The position numbers and the translations under genes are program-made. DNA of 59,999 nucleotides from NCBI GenBank assembly GCA_943332105.1, contig CALQOD010000004.1, positions 1 through 59,999 of the forward strand. Reading direction: 5' to 3'. The stretch comes from Chitinophaga pinensis. Its GTDB lineage: Bacteria; Bacteroidota; Bacteroidia; AKYH767-A; OLB10. Positions 48,297 through 58,449 of the stretch are shown here, one piece after another. Within the stretch, counting starts at the first letter, position 1. Every line of letters starts with the position of its first letter. The notes beneath the pieces are model-generated. The model was not told the origin of the DNA. It saw only the letters and a program-made list of their open reading frames with translations, and did not search any database.

Positions 48297-50108
48297 TTAG
48301 ATAAGCTCCACTGAACGATTAATAAATCCATTTAGTGCCTCTCCTTTTAATAGGCCCTGTGAAAGCATTGCCAAATCAATTACCTGACGAATCATTTTTT
48401 GTTTTTCTTCAGGCACTCCTGTAATTAACACCTTTTTCATCAATGGGTGGTTGGCATTAATAACTAAGTTAAGCGGATCTCCCATTCCCGACATAAATTC
48501 ATATCCTCCACCTGTTGCGGCCATTTCTTTCATTCTACGCATGAACTCAGGACGAGTAATCATTGCTGGTGCATCCGTTTCAGAAAGCCCTTCTAATTGA
48601 ACAAAATACTTTTCTTTTTCAACAGCTAGTTCTGCTATTTCTTTGATTGTCTTTTGCTCTTCTTCTGATAAAACAATTGGACGTTTTTCATCCTTCTTTA
48701 TTAGATTATCAGCTGTATCCGAATCTACCCGCGTAAAAGAAATGTTTTCTAGTTTATGTTCCAGAAAATTAACAAAATGACTATCAATTACACCATCCAT
48801 TTGCAATACATCGTATCCTTTATTTTTAGCACCTTCTACAAATGAATACTGTTCATCAAGGTTAGAGGTATACGTATAAACAACTTTATTGTCTTTGTCC
48901 GTTTGATTAGGCTCAACTACTGTTTTATATTCATCAAACGTAAAATACTTTGCGTCTGTGTTTTTTAATAAACAGAATGATTTAGCGCGATCATAAAACT
49001 TCTCTTCACTTAACATTCCGTATTTAATAAATACGCCAATATCATCCCACTTGGCTTCAAAATCTGTTCTGTTTTCTTTAAACAATTCTTCTAGCTTATC
49101 CGAAACTTTTTTCAGAATATGATTGCTGATTTTCTTTACATTCGAATCACTTTGTAAGTACGAACGACTCACATTCAACGGAATATCTGGCGAGTCAATA
49201 ACTCCATGTAACAGCGTTAAAAATTCAGGTACAATTCCTTCTACAGAATCAGTTACGAACACCTGACGACAATACAACTTAATTTTATTTTTCTGAACTT
49301 CTAAATTCTTTTTCAGTTTAGGGAAATAAAGAATGCCAGTAAGATTAAAAGGGAAATCTACGTTCAAGTGAATATAAAACAATGGGTCTTCTGCCATCGG
49401 ATATAATTCCTTATAAAAAGCTAAATAATCCTCGTGTGTTAACTCACTTGGCTTCTTAATCCAAGCTGGAGAAGTGTTATTGATTACCTCATCATTAAAC
49501 TTTATTTCTACTGGTAGAAAGCTACAATATTTATCTAATAATGTTTTGATTCTTGCTTCCTCTAAAAATTCATTTGACTCTTCATTGATGTGAAGGATGA
49601 TATCCGTTCCACGATCTTCCTTCGAATCATTTGTCATGGTATAATCTGGACTCCCATCGCAGGTCCAGCGAATAGCCTCTTGTTCGATTGCTTTAAAAGA
49701 GCGGGAATAAATTTCCACTTTATCAGACACCATAAATCCGGAGTAAAAGCCCAATCCGAACTTCCCAATTAAATTCCCTTCTGTTTGATCTTTGTATTTA
49801 TTTACAAATTCTTCTGCACCTGAAAAAGCAATCTGATTTATGTATTTTTCCACTTCCTCTGACGTCATTCCCAAACCTCGATCACGGATAGTAAGTGTTT
49901 TGTTTTCTTTATCAAGAATTACTTCAACCGCCAGATTCCCGAGTTCCGTTTTATTTTCTCCAATCGATGTTAGTGTTTTAATTTTTCCAGTAGCGTCTAC
50001 TGCATTGGCAACTAATTCACGAACGAAAATTTCGTGGTCGCTGTAAAGAAACTTCTTAATAATCGGAAAGATGTTTTCCGTTTGTACATTTATTTTTCCT
50101 GTTGTCAT
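48297..50108 (-). CDS. htpG: Hsp90 chaperone HtpG
   Basis: FLYSDHEIFVRELVANAVDA, D.G.GM, IGKFGLGFYS, PLNVSRSYLQ. Confidence 0.96.
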   Translation of the reverse strand: MTTGKINVQTENIFPIIKKFLYSDHEIFVRELVANAVDATGKIKTLTSIGENKTELGNLAVEVILDKENKTLTIRDRGLGMTSEEVEKYINQIAFSGAEEFVNKYKDQTEGNLIGKFGLGFYSGFMVSDKVEIYSRSFKAIEQEAIRWTCDGSPDYTMTNDSKEDRGTDIILHINEESNEFLEEARIKTLLDKYCSFLPVEIKFNDEVINNTSPAWIKKPSELTHEDYLAFYKELYPMAEDPLFYIHLNVDFPFNLTGILYFPKLKKNLEVQKNKIKLYCRQVFVTDSVEGIVPEFLTLLHGVIDSPDIPLNVSRSYLQSDSNVKKISNHILKKVSDKLEELFKENRTDFEAKWDDIGVFIKYGMLSEEKFYDRAKSFCLLKNTDAKYFTFDEYKTVVEPNQTDKDNKVVYTYTSNLDEQYSFVEGAKNKGYDVLQMDGVIDSHFVNFLEHKLENISFTRVDSDTADNLIKKDEKRPIVLSEEEQKTIKEIAELAVEKEKYFVQLEGLSETDAPAMITRPEFMRRMKEMAATGGGYEFMSGMGDPLNLVINANHPLMKKVLITGVPEEKQKMIRQVIDLAMLSQGLLKGEALNGFINRSVELI

Positions 50109-50135
50109 AATTATTTTTTTTGGCGCGCACCGTTT

Positions 50136-50150
50136 TCAAACAAAATGCCA
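50136..50150 (-). promoter_or_regulatory. Sigma54-like -24/-12 element upstream of htpG
   Basis: Minus strand TGGCA-TTTTGT-TTGA has the TGGCA-N6-TTGC spacing with one mismatch, 27 nt before the ATG. Confidence 0.45.
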
Positions 50151-50344
50151 TCAGCGCAAGATGACAAATTGACCTCAAAAATAGGGTTATTATTGCGTTA
50201 AAGAAAGTAGATTTGTAAATAGTAATTTATTTTGTCACGAACTATTTTCGAGATTTGTGCGTTAATAAGATTGTTAGCAATGATTTTAACAAAATATTAT
50301 TTTATCAATAAATTTTTAAACTTCGCATATTCAAAACAATTACC

Positions 50345-51949
50345 ATGATTTACAAAACCCCTTTTTGCTCCCCTTTGATAATCACGACCATTTTTCTAAT
50401 AGTGTCGTTTACAAATGTACAAGCACAGATTAGTCCGACTGCTGAAAAATTTGACGCGTTAATGAGCATGATTAATTATGCTTATGTTGATAGCATTGAT
50501 GAAAAAAAGATCTCTGACGATGCTATTCGAAATTTATTAAAAGAACTTGACCCACATTCTATCTATATTCCTGCTGAAGAATTAAAAGAGGTAAACGAGC
50601 CTTTGGTTGGAAACTTTGATGGTATTGGTGTTCAATTTAGCATATTAGAAGACACCATTATGATTTCACAAACAATTTCCGGTGGGCCATCTGAAAAGCT
50701 AGGACTGCGTGCAGGAGATAGGATTGTAAAAATTGATGGGAATAGTGTTGCTAATATTGGAATTAAAAATAATGATGTACTAAAAAAGCTTAGAGGTGTT
50801 AAAGGAACTAAAGTAAAAGTAGATGTCTATCGCAGAGGCTCAAAAGACCTTATTCCGTTTACAATTACAAGAGACAAGATTCCTTTGTATAGTGTAGATG
50901 CAGCTTATATGGTTACTCCAACTGTAGGGTATATAAAAATCAGTCGTTTTGCTGATAGCACTGTTGAAGAATTCAAACAAGCATTAGAAAAGCTAAAAGC
51001 GCAACATGTTGAAAGTTTAATCATGGATTTATCCGATAATGGCGGGGGCTATCTGAACAGGGCTATTGAATTAGCAGATGAGTATTTAAGTAATGGAAAA
51101 GAAGTGGTATATACTGTGGGGAAAAACAATCCGCGTCAGGATAATTATTCAACTTCGGTAGGTGGATTTGAAAAAGGGAAGGTGGTTGTTTTAGTTAACG
51201 AATCATCGGCATCGGCAAGCGAAATTGTTTCAGGAGCTTTACAAGATTGGGATCGTGCATTAATTGTTGGAAGAAGAACGTTTGCTAAGGGATTGGTGCA
51301 AAAGCCATATCCATTACCTGATGGTTCTGCTGTGAGATTAACTATTGCTCGTTATTATACTCCTTCGGGAAGATGTATTCAGAAACATTATGATCCAGGC
51401 GACGAAAACTATGATATGGATATAAGCATGCGCTACCTGCATGGTGAACTTTACAGCGCAGATAGTATTAAGTTTATTGATAGTTTGAAATGTAAAACAA
51501 TGGGCGGTCGTGTTGTATATGGTGGTGGTGGTATTATGCCTGATGTGTTTGTTGGTTTGGATACAAGCATGAGCAGTAAATACTACGATGAGCTTAGAAG
51601 AAATGGAACAATCAACGACTTTACACTAAACTATGTCGATGAACATCGCGCTGAACTATTAAGTAAATACAAAGATGTTTATCAGTTTAAAAATGATTTT
51701 AAAATCACGAAAGACTTTTTAGAAGATTTTATTGCTTACGCTGAAAAGAAAAATATTAAGCGTGATAATATAGGATTAAAAAATTCTGAGAGATTAATTA
51801 ATACACAAATGAGAGCTTTAATTGCGCGTGATCTTTGGGATACTAATGCATACTATGTTATTATCAACGACATTAATGTATTCTTAGTAAAAGCGCTTCA
51901 GTGCTTACAAGATGATACCTTCAAGAAAATGAAAATATCAGATAAATAA
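50345..51949 (+). CDS. S41 carboxy-terminal processing protease (CtpA/Prc-like)
   Basis: LDPHS, PDZ GIGV, DL..NGGG, SASASEIV, TFAKGLVQ, GGGGIMPD. Confidence 0.93.
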   Translation: MIYKTPFCSPLIITTIFLIVSFTNVQAQISPTAEKFDALMSMINYAYVDSIDEKKISDDAIRNLLKELDPHSIYIPAEELKEVNEPLVGNFDGIGVQFSILEDTIMISQTISGGPSEKLGLRAGDRIVKIDGNSVANIGIKNNDVLKKLRGVKGTKVKVDVYRRGSKDLIPFTITRDKIPLYSVDAAYMVTPTVGYIKISRFADSTVEEFKQALEKLKAQHVESLIMDLSDNGGGYLNRAIELADEYLSNGKEVVYTVGKNNPRQDNYSTSVGGFEKGKVVVLVNESSASASEIVSGALQDWDRALIVGRRTFAKGLVQKPYPLPDGSAVRLTIARYYTPSGRCIQKHYDPGDENYDMDISMRYLHGELYSADSIKFIDSLKCKTMGGRVVYGGGGIMPDVFVGLDTSMSSKYYDELRRNGTINDFTLNYVDEHRAELLSKYKDVYQFKNDFKITKDFLEDFIAYAEKKNIKRDNIGLKNSERLINTQMRALIARDLWDTNAYYVIINDINVFLVKALQCLQDDTFKKMKISDK

Positions 51950-51965
51950 ATAATAAGGTAAAAGT

Positions 51966-52013
51966 AAAAAAGAGGGCTCCCTTAGTAAGCTACAGGGAAA
52001 GCCCTCTTTTTTT
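51966..52013. terminator. Bidirectional intrinsic terminator
   Basis: AAAAAAGAGGGCT...AGCCCTCTTTTTT long inverted repeat between convergent genes. Confidence 0.82.
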
Positions 52014-52040
52014 ATTCAATAATTTATTTTCTAGTTTTTT

Positions 52041-52943
52041 TTAATCTTTCGAAAAGTATTCTGGTCCTTGATAAACTCCCGTTTCAAGTTTTTCTAATTG
52101 CATTAAAACATCATTGGCTAATGAGCTTGCGCCAAAGCGAAACCAATCAGGATTCATCCAGGCTTCGCCTAATGTTTCACGCAACACAACTAAATATTGC
52201 ATCGCAATTTTAGATGTAGCTATTCCACCGGCAGGCTTCATGCCAATCATCTTTCCTTCTTTGAAATAAAAATCTTTAATGGCTTCAAACATCACCAATG
52301 TAACGGGTAGTGTAGCCGCTGGTTGAATTTTTCCTGTTGATGTCTTGATAAAATCAGCACCAGCATACATTGCAATATCTGATGCTTTACGAACATTGTC
52401 TAAAGTTGATAATTCACCTGTTTCTAAAATCACTTTCAAATGTGCAATTCCACATGCTTCTTTTATAGCTGCAATTTCATCAAACACAAAATTGTATTCG
52501 CCTGCTAAAAACTTGCCTCTCGATATGACCATATCAATTTCATCTGCACCTTCGTTAACTGCAAACTTCGTTTCGTCAATTTTAATTTTTTTAGTGCTCA
52601 TTCCAGTAGGGAAAGCTGTAGCTACAGAGGCTACTTTTACTTTTGATCCTTCCAATTCTTTTTTCGCAATAGCAACCATGTTCGGATAAACACATACTGC
52701 TGCAACAGGCGGCACATAACTTAACTTATCATGTGGGCGCAATGCTTTCGCACAAAGTTGTCTTACCTTTCCTGGAGTATCTTTCGCATCGAGTGTTGTT
52801 AAATCCATCATACTAATGGCCATTAACAAGGCTTCTTTCTTGCTCTCGTTTTTTATTGAGCGCTTTGTTAGGCGAGAGATTCTTTCCTCGATGCCTATCT
52901 GATCAACTGATGGCGAGTTTGATGCTGCAATATTTCCGTTCAT
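52041..52943 (-). CDS. deoC: Deoxyribose-phosphate aldolase (long type)
   Basis: DLTTL, AAVCVYP, GADEIDMVI, LKVILETGEL, FIKTSTGK, KPAGGI, RFGASSL. ATG 52943 preferred over TTG 52973. Confidence 0.95.
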   Translation of the reverse strand: MNGNIAASNSPSVDQIGIEERISRLTKRSIKNESKKEALLMAISMMDLTTLDAKDTPGKVRQLCAKALRPHDKLSYVPPVAAVCVYPNMVAIAKKELEGSKVKVASVATAFPTGMSTKKIKIDETKFAVNEGADEIDMVISRGKFLAGEYNFVFDEIAAIKEACGIAHLKVILETGELSTLDNVRKASDIAMYAGADFIKTSTGKIQPAATLPVTLVMFEAIKDFYFKEGKMIGMKPAGGIATSKIAMQYLVVLRETLGEAWMNPDWFRFGASSLANDVLMQLEKLETGVYQGPEYFSKD

Positions 52944-52979
52944 AATTAAGCTCTTCGTGATAAAATTAAGCAAAAGATA

Positions 52980-54224
52980 TTAAAATTTAGTATCGACAAG
53001 TTGTCGTTTTACAATTAGGCGTGATGTTATAAATGCGGCACAACCACCTATCGATAAAACAATTATCGATACAATAAAAAAATCATTTGCTTGCATAGCA
53101 ACTGGATAACTGTTAGTAACAAAACTATCTGCATTTCCTAGTTTAATGATTTCAAAATGCTGTTGTATGAAGCATATTATTCCACCTAAAAGCAGTCCTG
53201 TACCTGCACCAAAAACAGAAATCAACAGTCCTTCAATAAAAAATATTTTCTTAATAAAATTTACAGAAGCGCCCATATTAATCAGCGCAATAATATCTTT
53301 CTTTTTATCAATGATTAGCATTGTTAATGAGCCAAAGACATTAAAAGTTGCGATTAATAATATAAATCCAAGAATAAGATAAACGCCTGCTTTTTCCGAC
53401 TTAAGAATTTTATATAAAAAATCATGTTGCTGGTACCTGTCTTTGACCTTAAAGGTTGTCCCAACAATTTTTTGTAGTTGTGCTGCTACTTCTTGTTGGT
53501 CTGTTCCGCTTTTTATTTTTATTTCGATAGAAGACACTTTTGCATCTTCTCCCATCATCTCGCGTATAAAATCAATTGGGACAATTACATATTTATTATC
53601 AAAATCCTGCTGCACTGAAAACACAGCAGATGCTGCAATAGCGCGTTGTGAAAAGGCCTCTTCTGGATTTAATAACGCTGAAGAAGGTTCTATTCCTTTC
53701 TTAGGTAAATAAACATTAATTCTTGATACAGGGTCGTTCAATTTTAATCCTAATGAATAGGCAATACCTGCGCCCGGAATCATATAGTTTAAATCACCAT
53801 TCTTCAACACTGGTGTTCCATCAATAATTTTTTTTTGCAAGTCGCTACTTTTAAAATAAGTATCCGAGACACCTTTCATTGTAGCAATAAACTGTCTTTC
53901 TTTATACCGAAGTAAAACATTTTCTTCTAACGTATAGGTAGTAACGCTAACTGCAGATAGCTCTTTAATTTTATTAAAGCTCGCTGCTTCTGGCATAAAT
54001 GTCTTTCCATGAACAGGCGTAATAATGATATCCGGATCAAAGCTATCATACATGCTTAAAACCAGATTTCCGAAACCATTAAAAACAGACAATACGATTA
54101 TAAGACCCATTGTACCAACGCAAACGCCAGCAACACTAATCTTACTAATTATATTAATGAGATGATGAGATCGCTTGGCAGCAAAATAACGACGTGCAAT
54201 TTTCCAGGCAATCCCTAATTTCAT
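52980..54224 (-). CDS. LolC/E-like (FtsX family) ABC permease
   Basis: IARRY, VLSVFNGF, large periplasmic domain, three C-terminal TM helices. Confidence 0.85.
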   Translation of the reverse strand: MKLGIAWKIARRYFAAKRSHHLINIISKISVAGVCVGTMGLIIVLSVFNGFGNLVLSMYDSFDPDIIITPVHGKTFMPEAASFNKIKELSAVSVTTYTLEENVLLRYKERQFIATMKGVSDTYFKSSDLQKKIIDGTPVLKNGDLNYMIPGAGIAYSLGLKLNDPVSRINVYLPKKGIEPSSALLNPEEAFSQRAIAASAVFSVQQDFDNKYVIVPIDFIREMMGEDAKVSSIEIKIKSGTDQQEVAAQLQKIVGTTFKVKDRYQQHDFLYKILKSEKAGVYLILGFILLIATFNVFGSLTMLIIDKKKDIIALINMGASVNFIKKIFFIEGLLISVFGAGTGLLLGGIICFIQQHFEIIKLGNADSFVTNSYPVAMQANDFFIVSIIVLSIGGCAAFITSRLIVKRQLVDTKF

Positions 54225-54232
54225 AAATGATA

Positions 54233-55042
54233 TTATTTCCAGGCTTTCACTATCAGCCCTGTTCCTGTTTTATGATTAAAAACAACATCACACCAGTTTA
54301 GTAAATAAGCGATAGGATAAGTAATTATATAGTAAACGGGAAGAACGACAAAAAACAATTTTGTTACAGCTAACATTAAAATTGGGTACTTCATCGATAA
54401 GCGCCAACTAATTTTGCCTGGGGTGCCGTATTGATACCTTGCTTCTACTTTTGAAAATCCTGCCGAAAGGAGCTTGTCTTCAATTTCTTTAATATTATAT
54501 CCATCACGAACATGCTCTTCAATGAATGACTCTTCGCCATCTCCATGCACATCTGATCCCCCTTGATCACTTGGGGTTGAAATTAAGAACATTCCTCCTG
54601 ATTTTAACGATGCATAAATATTTTTAAATACTTGCCCATCTTCAAGAATATGTTCCATTACATCAACTGCTATAGCTAAATCGTATTTGTTTGGATGTTC
54701 GAATTGTGTTAAATCGCCAACAACAAATTTTACTTGGTTGCCAGAGCCAATAGCTTGAAAAAACTGATTACAATCTTCCACTTGTTCTTCTTTTACATCC
54801 ATAGCCAGAATTGTGGACTTTGGCAAGCGAGCATTAATCCAATAAGAATGTTGACCGTATCCTGCGCCGGCATCTAAAATTTGTGCATCTGCCGTTGCAT
54901 TTTTTTGCCATTGTTTAAGTTCTTTATGTACATGCCATGCGCGTAGCAGCAACAAATCCAATAAACGATAAAATGTCTTTCTTAAAAACGGCGTTTTATT
55001 AAATACATTTCCTAGGCTTCTTTTAATTGGATCGTATTGCAT
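54233..55042 (-). CDS. Class I SAM-dependent methyltransferase
   Basis: ILDAGAGYG, VDVMEHI, EHVRDGY. ATG 55042 (MQYDPIK) preferred because GTG 55063 abuts a TATCTTCG promoter-like box. Confidence 0.85.
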   Translation of the reverse strand: MQYDPIKRSLGNVFNKTPFLRKTFYRLLDLLLLRAWHVHKELKQWQKNATADAQILDAGAGYGQHSYWINARLPKSTILAMDVKEEQVEDCNQFFQAIGSGNQVKFVVGDLTQFEHPNKYDLAIAVDVMEHILEDGQVFKNIYASLKSGGMFLISTPSDQGGSDVHGDGEESFIEEHVRDGYNIKEIEDKLLSAGFSKVEARYQYGTPGKISWRLSMKYPILMLAVTKLFFVVLPVYYIITYPIAYLLNWCDVVFNHKTGTGLIVKAWK

Positions 55043-55140
55043 AATCAAACATACTTTGTGCACACGAAGATAATTAATTTACATGAGGAATAATACCTTG
55101 ACTTGGGGTTCAAATAAATTAACTTATCTATCTTTAGGCG

Positions 55141-56967
55141 GTGAAAAATTACATTCGATTATTACGATTCATTAGGCCTTACAAAGGATTGGCTTTTTTG
55201 TCCGTTATTTTTAACCTAATGACTGTGTTCTTTTCCTTGTTTTCACTTACTATGATTATTCCTTTTTTGAATGTTTTGTTTAGTCAGAACAGGAGCTACT
55301 CATTAATGCCATGGACATTTAGTGCTAAAAGTTTATTAAACAACTTTAACTATTACCTTGGTAATTATATTATTGAACATGGCCAAATGAACGCATTAAT
55401 TTTTATCAGCATGTTGGTAGTAATTATGTTCTTTTTTAAAAACCTTACTCGATATTTAGGAATGTATTTTTTGGTGCCCATTAGAAATGGAGTAGTTAGA
55501 GACATTCGTCAGGATGTTTATCATAAAATATTAAGTCTGCCAATAGGTTACTTTACTGATGAGCGTAAAGGTGATTTAATGGCCCGAATGACAAATGATG
55601 TACAGGAGGTTGAATGGGGAATTATGAATTCTTTAGAAGCGGCATTTCGCGAACCTTTAAACATTATAGTTTTTTTAATTACCATGTTTACGATGAGTTC
55701 CGAACTTACAACATTCGTTTTGGTTTTATTACCTGTTGCAGGATTAATAATCGGACGCATTGGTAAAAGTTTAAAAAAGAAATCGGTGCAGGCTCAGGAA
55801 AAAATGGGCGAGTTATTAAGCAATATTGAAGAAACTTTGGGCGGATTAAGAATTATCCATGCTTTTACTGCAGAAAAACTCTCTTCAAAAAAGTTTGGCA
55901 AACTAAACAACCAACACTTTGGGTTGATGAATAAAATTGGTCGTCGTCGTGATTTGGCTTCCCCTGTGAGTGAGTTTTTAGGAACCCTCGTTATGACAGT
56001 TGTAATGTACTTTGGTGGAATATTGGTTTTAGGAAACAACTCTTCTCTGGAGCCAAGTGAATTCATCGCCTTCATTGCAATATTTTCACAAGTAATTACT
56101 CCAGCAAAAAGTTTAACAACGGCTTGGTATAATATTCAAAAGGGACTTGCTTCTTCTGAAAGGATTTATAAAATTTTAGATGCAGAAGTACTGATTAAAA
56201 ATCCTATTTCCCCTGTTGATGTTAAACCATTCTCTGATAAGATTTCTTTCAACGATGTTTCTTTTTCCTATACTAAGGAAGATGGAAAATCTGTTTTAAA
56301 AAATATCACATTAGAAATTCCAAAAGGAAAGACTATTGCATTGGTTGGACAATCAGGTAGTGGGAAAACCACCTTGGCGGATATGCTTCCACGTTATTAT
56401 GATGTCAATAAAGGCGCTATAACCATTGATGAAATAAATATTAAAGATTTACGCATTTCTGAACTAAGAGGATTAATGGGAATTGTTACCCAAGAATCTA
56501 TTTTATTTAATGATACAATATTTAACAATATTGCCTTCGGGATGGAGGGCGCAACAGAAGAAGAAATAATTGCTGCTGCAAAAATTGCAAACGCCAACGA
56601 TTTTATTTCTGCAATGAGCGAAGGATACCAAACTACAATTGGAGACAGAGGCGGTAAGCTAAGTGGTGGTCAGCGCCAACGATTAAGTATTGCTAGGGCT
56701 GTATTAAAGAATCCACCCATTTTAATTCTTGATGAAGCAACATCTGCTTTAGATACCGAATCAGAACGTCTTGTTCAGGAAGCATTGATTAACTTAATGA
56801 AACAAAGAACAACGCTGGTTATTGCACATCGATTATCAACAATTGTTCATGCTGATGAAATAATTGTTATGCAAAGCGGGGAAATTGTAGAGCGAGGTAC
56901 GCATCAGGAACTGCTAGACAAAAACGGTTATTACAAACGCTTGTTTGACTTACAAACCTTTTCATAG
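55141..56967 (+). CDS. MsbA-like ABC exporter (fused permease/ATPase, GTG start)
   Basis: TM domain, GQSGSGKT, LSGGQRQR, ILILDEATSALD, IAHRLST. Confidence 0.92.
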   Translation: MKNYIRLLRFIRPYKGLAFLSVIFNLMTVFFSLFSLTMIIPFLNVLFSQNRSYSLMPWTFSAKSLLNNFNYYLGNYIIEHGQMNALIFISMLVVIMFFFKNLTRYLGMYFLVPIRNGVVRDIRQDVYHKILSLPIGYFTDERKGDLMARMTNDVQEVEWGIMNSLEAAFREPLNIIVFLITMFTMSSELTTFVLVLLPVAGLIIGRIGKSLKKKSVQAQEKMGELLSNIEETLGGLRIIHAFTAEKLSSKKFGKLNNQHFGLMNKIGRRRDLASPVSEFLGTLVMTVVMYFGGILVLGNNSSLEPSEFIAFIAIFSQVITPAKSLTTAWYNIQKGLASSERIYKILDAEVLIKNPISPVDVKPFSDKISFNDVSFSYTKEDGKSVLKNITLEIPKGKTIALVGQSGSGKTTLADMLPRYYDVNKGAITIDEINIKDLRISELRGLMGIVTQESILFNDTIFNNIAFGMEGATEEEIIAAAKIANANDFISAMSEGYQTTIGDRGGKLSGGQRQRLSIARAVLKNPPILILDEATSALDTESERLVQEALINLMKQRTTLVIAHRLSTIVHADEIIVMQSGEIVERGTHQELLDKNGYYKRLFDLQTFS

Positions 56968-56973
56968 TTCGTT

Positions 56974-57867
56974 TTGCAAAACCGTAATCCATCTTTAGCA
57001 TTGTTGGCTTTATGTTTTCTTTGGGGAACAACATACCTTGCTATTAGAATAGGAGTAAAAACAATTCCTCCTTTTTTATTTTCAGGTATTCGATATGTTA
57101 TCTCTGGATTCGCCATTTTACTTTGGTTTTACTTTAAAAAAGATGTGGTTTGGCCTAATTTGCAAGAATTAAAAAGGATAATAGTTACTGGCCTATTTAT
57201 CTTTGTTGGAGGTAGTTTGTTTTTAGTATTAGCCGAGCAATCCGTAACAAGTGGCATGGCGGCTTTAGTCAATTCATCATTCCCAATATGGATTGTTTTA
57301 ATCACCAGGATATGGAATCCAGAAGAGCGCATATCTAGTTTATCAATTATCGGTATTTTGGTTGGCTTTATAGGACAATGGTTTATTTTTTATGAGCAAC
57401 TGTTTTTATTAAGCAATGGTGCCTATTTGCTTGGCTTTTTACTTTTGATAGTAGGATTAATTAACGGATCCTTAGGTACAGTTTACATGAAAAAGTTCCC
57501 AGTAAGAATTAATTCTGTTTTAAATGCGGGATTACAAATGATGATCTGTGGTTCTGTTACTACCGTTCTAGGTTTGATGATGGGCGAAGGGCGCAAAATT
57601 AACTTTGAGCCTACTGGCTGGTATGCTTTAATTTATCTTGTAATAGCGGGATCCATTATAGGATACAGTTTATTTGTATACGCTATGGATAGATTACCAG
57701 CGACAATAGTTTCTGTTTATGCTTATATAAATCCGATAGTTGCAATATGGCTCGGATTAGTAATATTAAAAGAACCTATTAGCACTAGAACACTAATAGC
57801 AATAGGCATAACCCTGGTTGGTGTTTTTATAGTTAATAGAGGGATGGTAAGGCAAAAGGCAAATTAA
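56974..57867 (+). CDS. EamA/DMT family transporter
   Basis: WGTTYLAIR, about 10 TM helices, YAYINPIVA. Confidence 0.9.
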   Translation: MQNRNPSLALLALCFLWGTTYLAIRIGVKTIPPFLFSGIRYVISGFAILLWFYFKKDVVWPNLQELKRIIVTGLFIFVGGSLFLVLAEQSVTSGMAALVNSSFPIWIVLITRIWNPEERISSLSIIGILVGFIGQWFIFYEQLFLLSNGAYLLGFLLLIVGLINGSLGTVYMKKFPVRINSVLNAGLQMMICGSVTTVLGLMMGEGRKINFEPTGWYALIYLVIAGSIIGYSLFVYAMDRLPATIVSVYAYINPIVAIWLGLVILKEPISTRTLIAIGITLVGVFIVNRGMVRQKAN

Positions 57868-58334
57868 CGATCCATTAAATTACCAGACTTCTTCGCTTCT
57901 AAAAAGTATTTAAAAGGCACTATCAACATTCCAAAACATTCGCCATGTTCTTTATTCAAATACTTATGATGAACCTTATGTGCCTTACGAATCGCTCTTA
58001 AATAAACATTGTTAGAGCGTTTAAATATACCAATGCGCTGATGAATAAAAATATCGTGGACTAAAAAATAAGCTAGTCCGTAAGCAGCAATACCAAATCC
58101 GATATACAGGGGGATATCTAAACCATTCCTTGCACCTAAAAAAATCAATATCATACTTGGAACAGCAAAAATCAGGAAAAAGGAATCGTTCTTTTCAAAA
58201 ATTCCTGGTTCTGTTTGATGATGGTCTTTGTGTAAAATCCATAAAACCCCGTGCATCACAAATTTATGTGTGAACCATGCTACAAATTCCATAATAAAAA
58301 AAGTAGCGAAGACGACAATCAGATTTTGATACAT
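57864..58334 (-). CDS. crtZ: Beta-carotene 3-hydroxylase
   Basis: His boxes HKFVMHG, LHKDHH, HDIFIHQR, AHKVHH; EKND. Confidence 0.92.
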   Translation of the reverse strand: MYQNLIVVFATFFIMEFVAWFTHKFVMHGVLWILHKDHHQTEPGIFEKNDSFFLIFAVPSMILIFLGARNGLDIPLYIGFGIAAYGLAYFLVHDIFIHQRIGIFKRSNNVYLRAIRKAHKVHHKYLNKEHGECFGMLIVPFKYFLEAKKSGNLMDR

Positions 58335-58449
58335 GACTTGTATAAATATTATTTATAAACAAAGTTCGCAAAATATTGTTTTAGTGTATTCTAAAAAGTA
58401 ATTTTATAACTTATTATTTTTTATAAGAAACTTATATCCGCTCATAAGC

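Noticed and set aside
57864-58334. Carotenoid gene cluster
   Set aside because: Only crtZ is present; no crtB, crtI or crtY is in the window.
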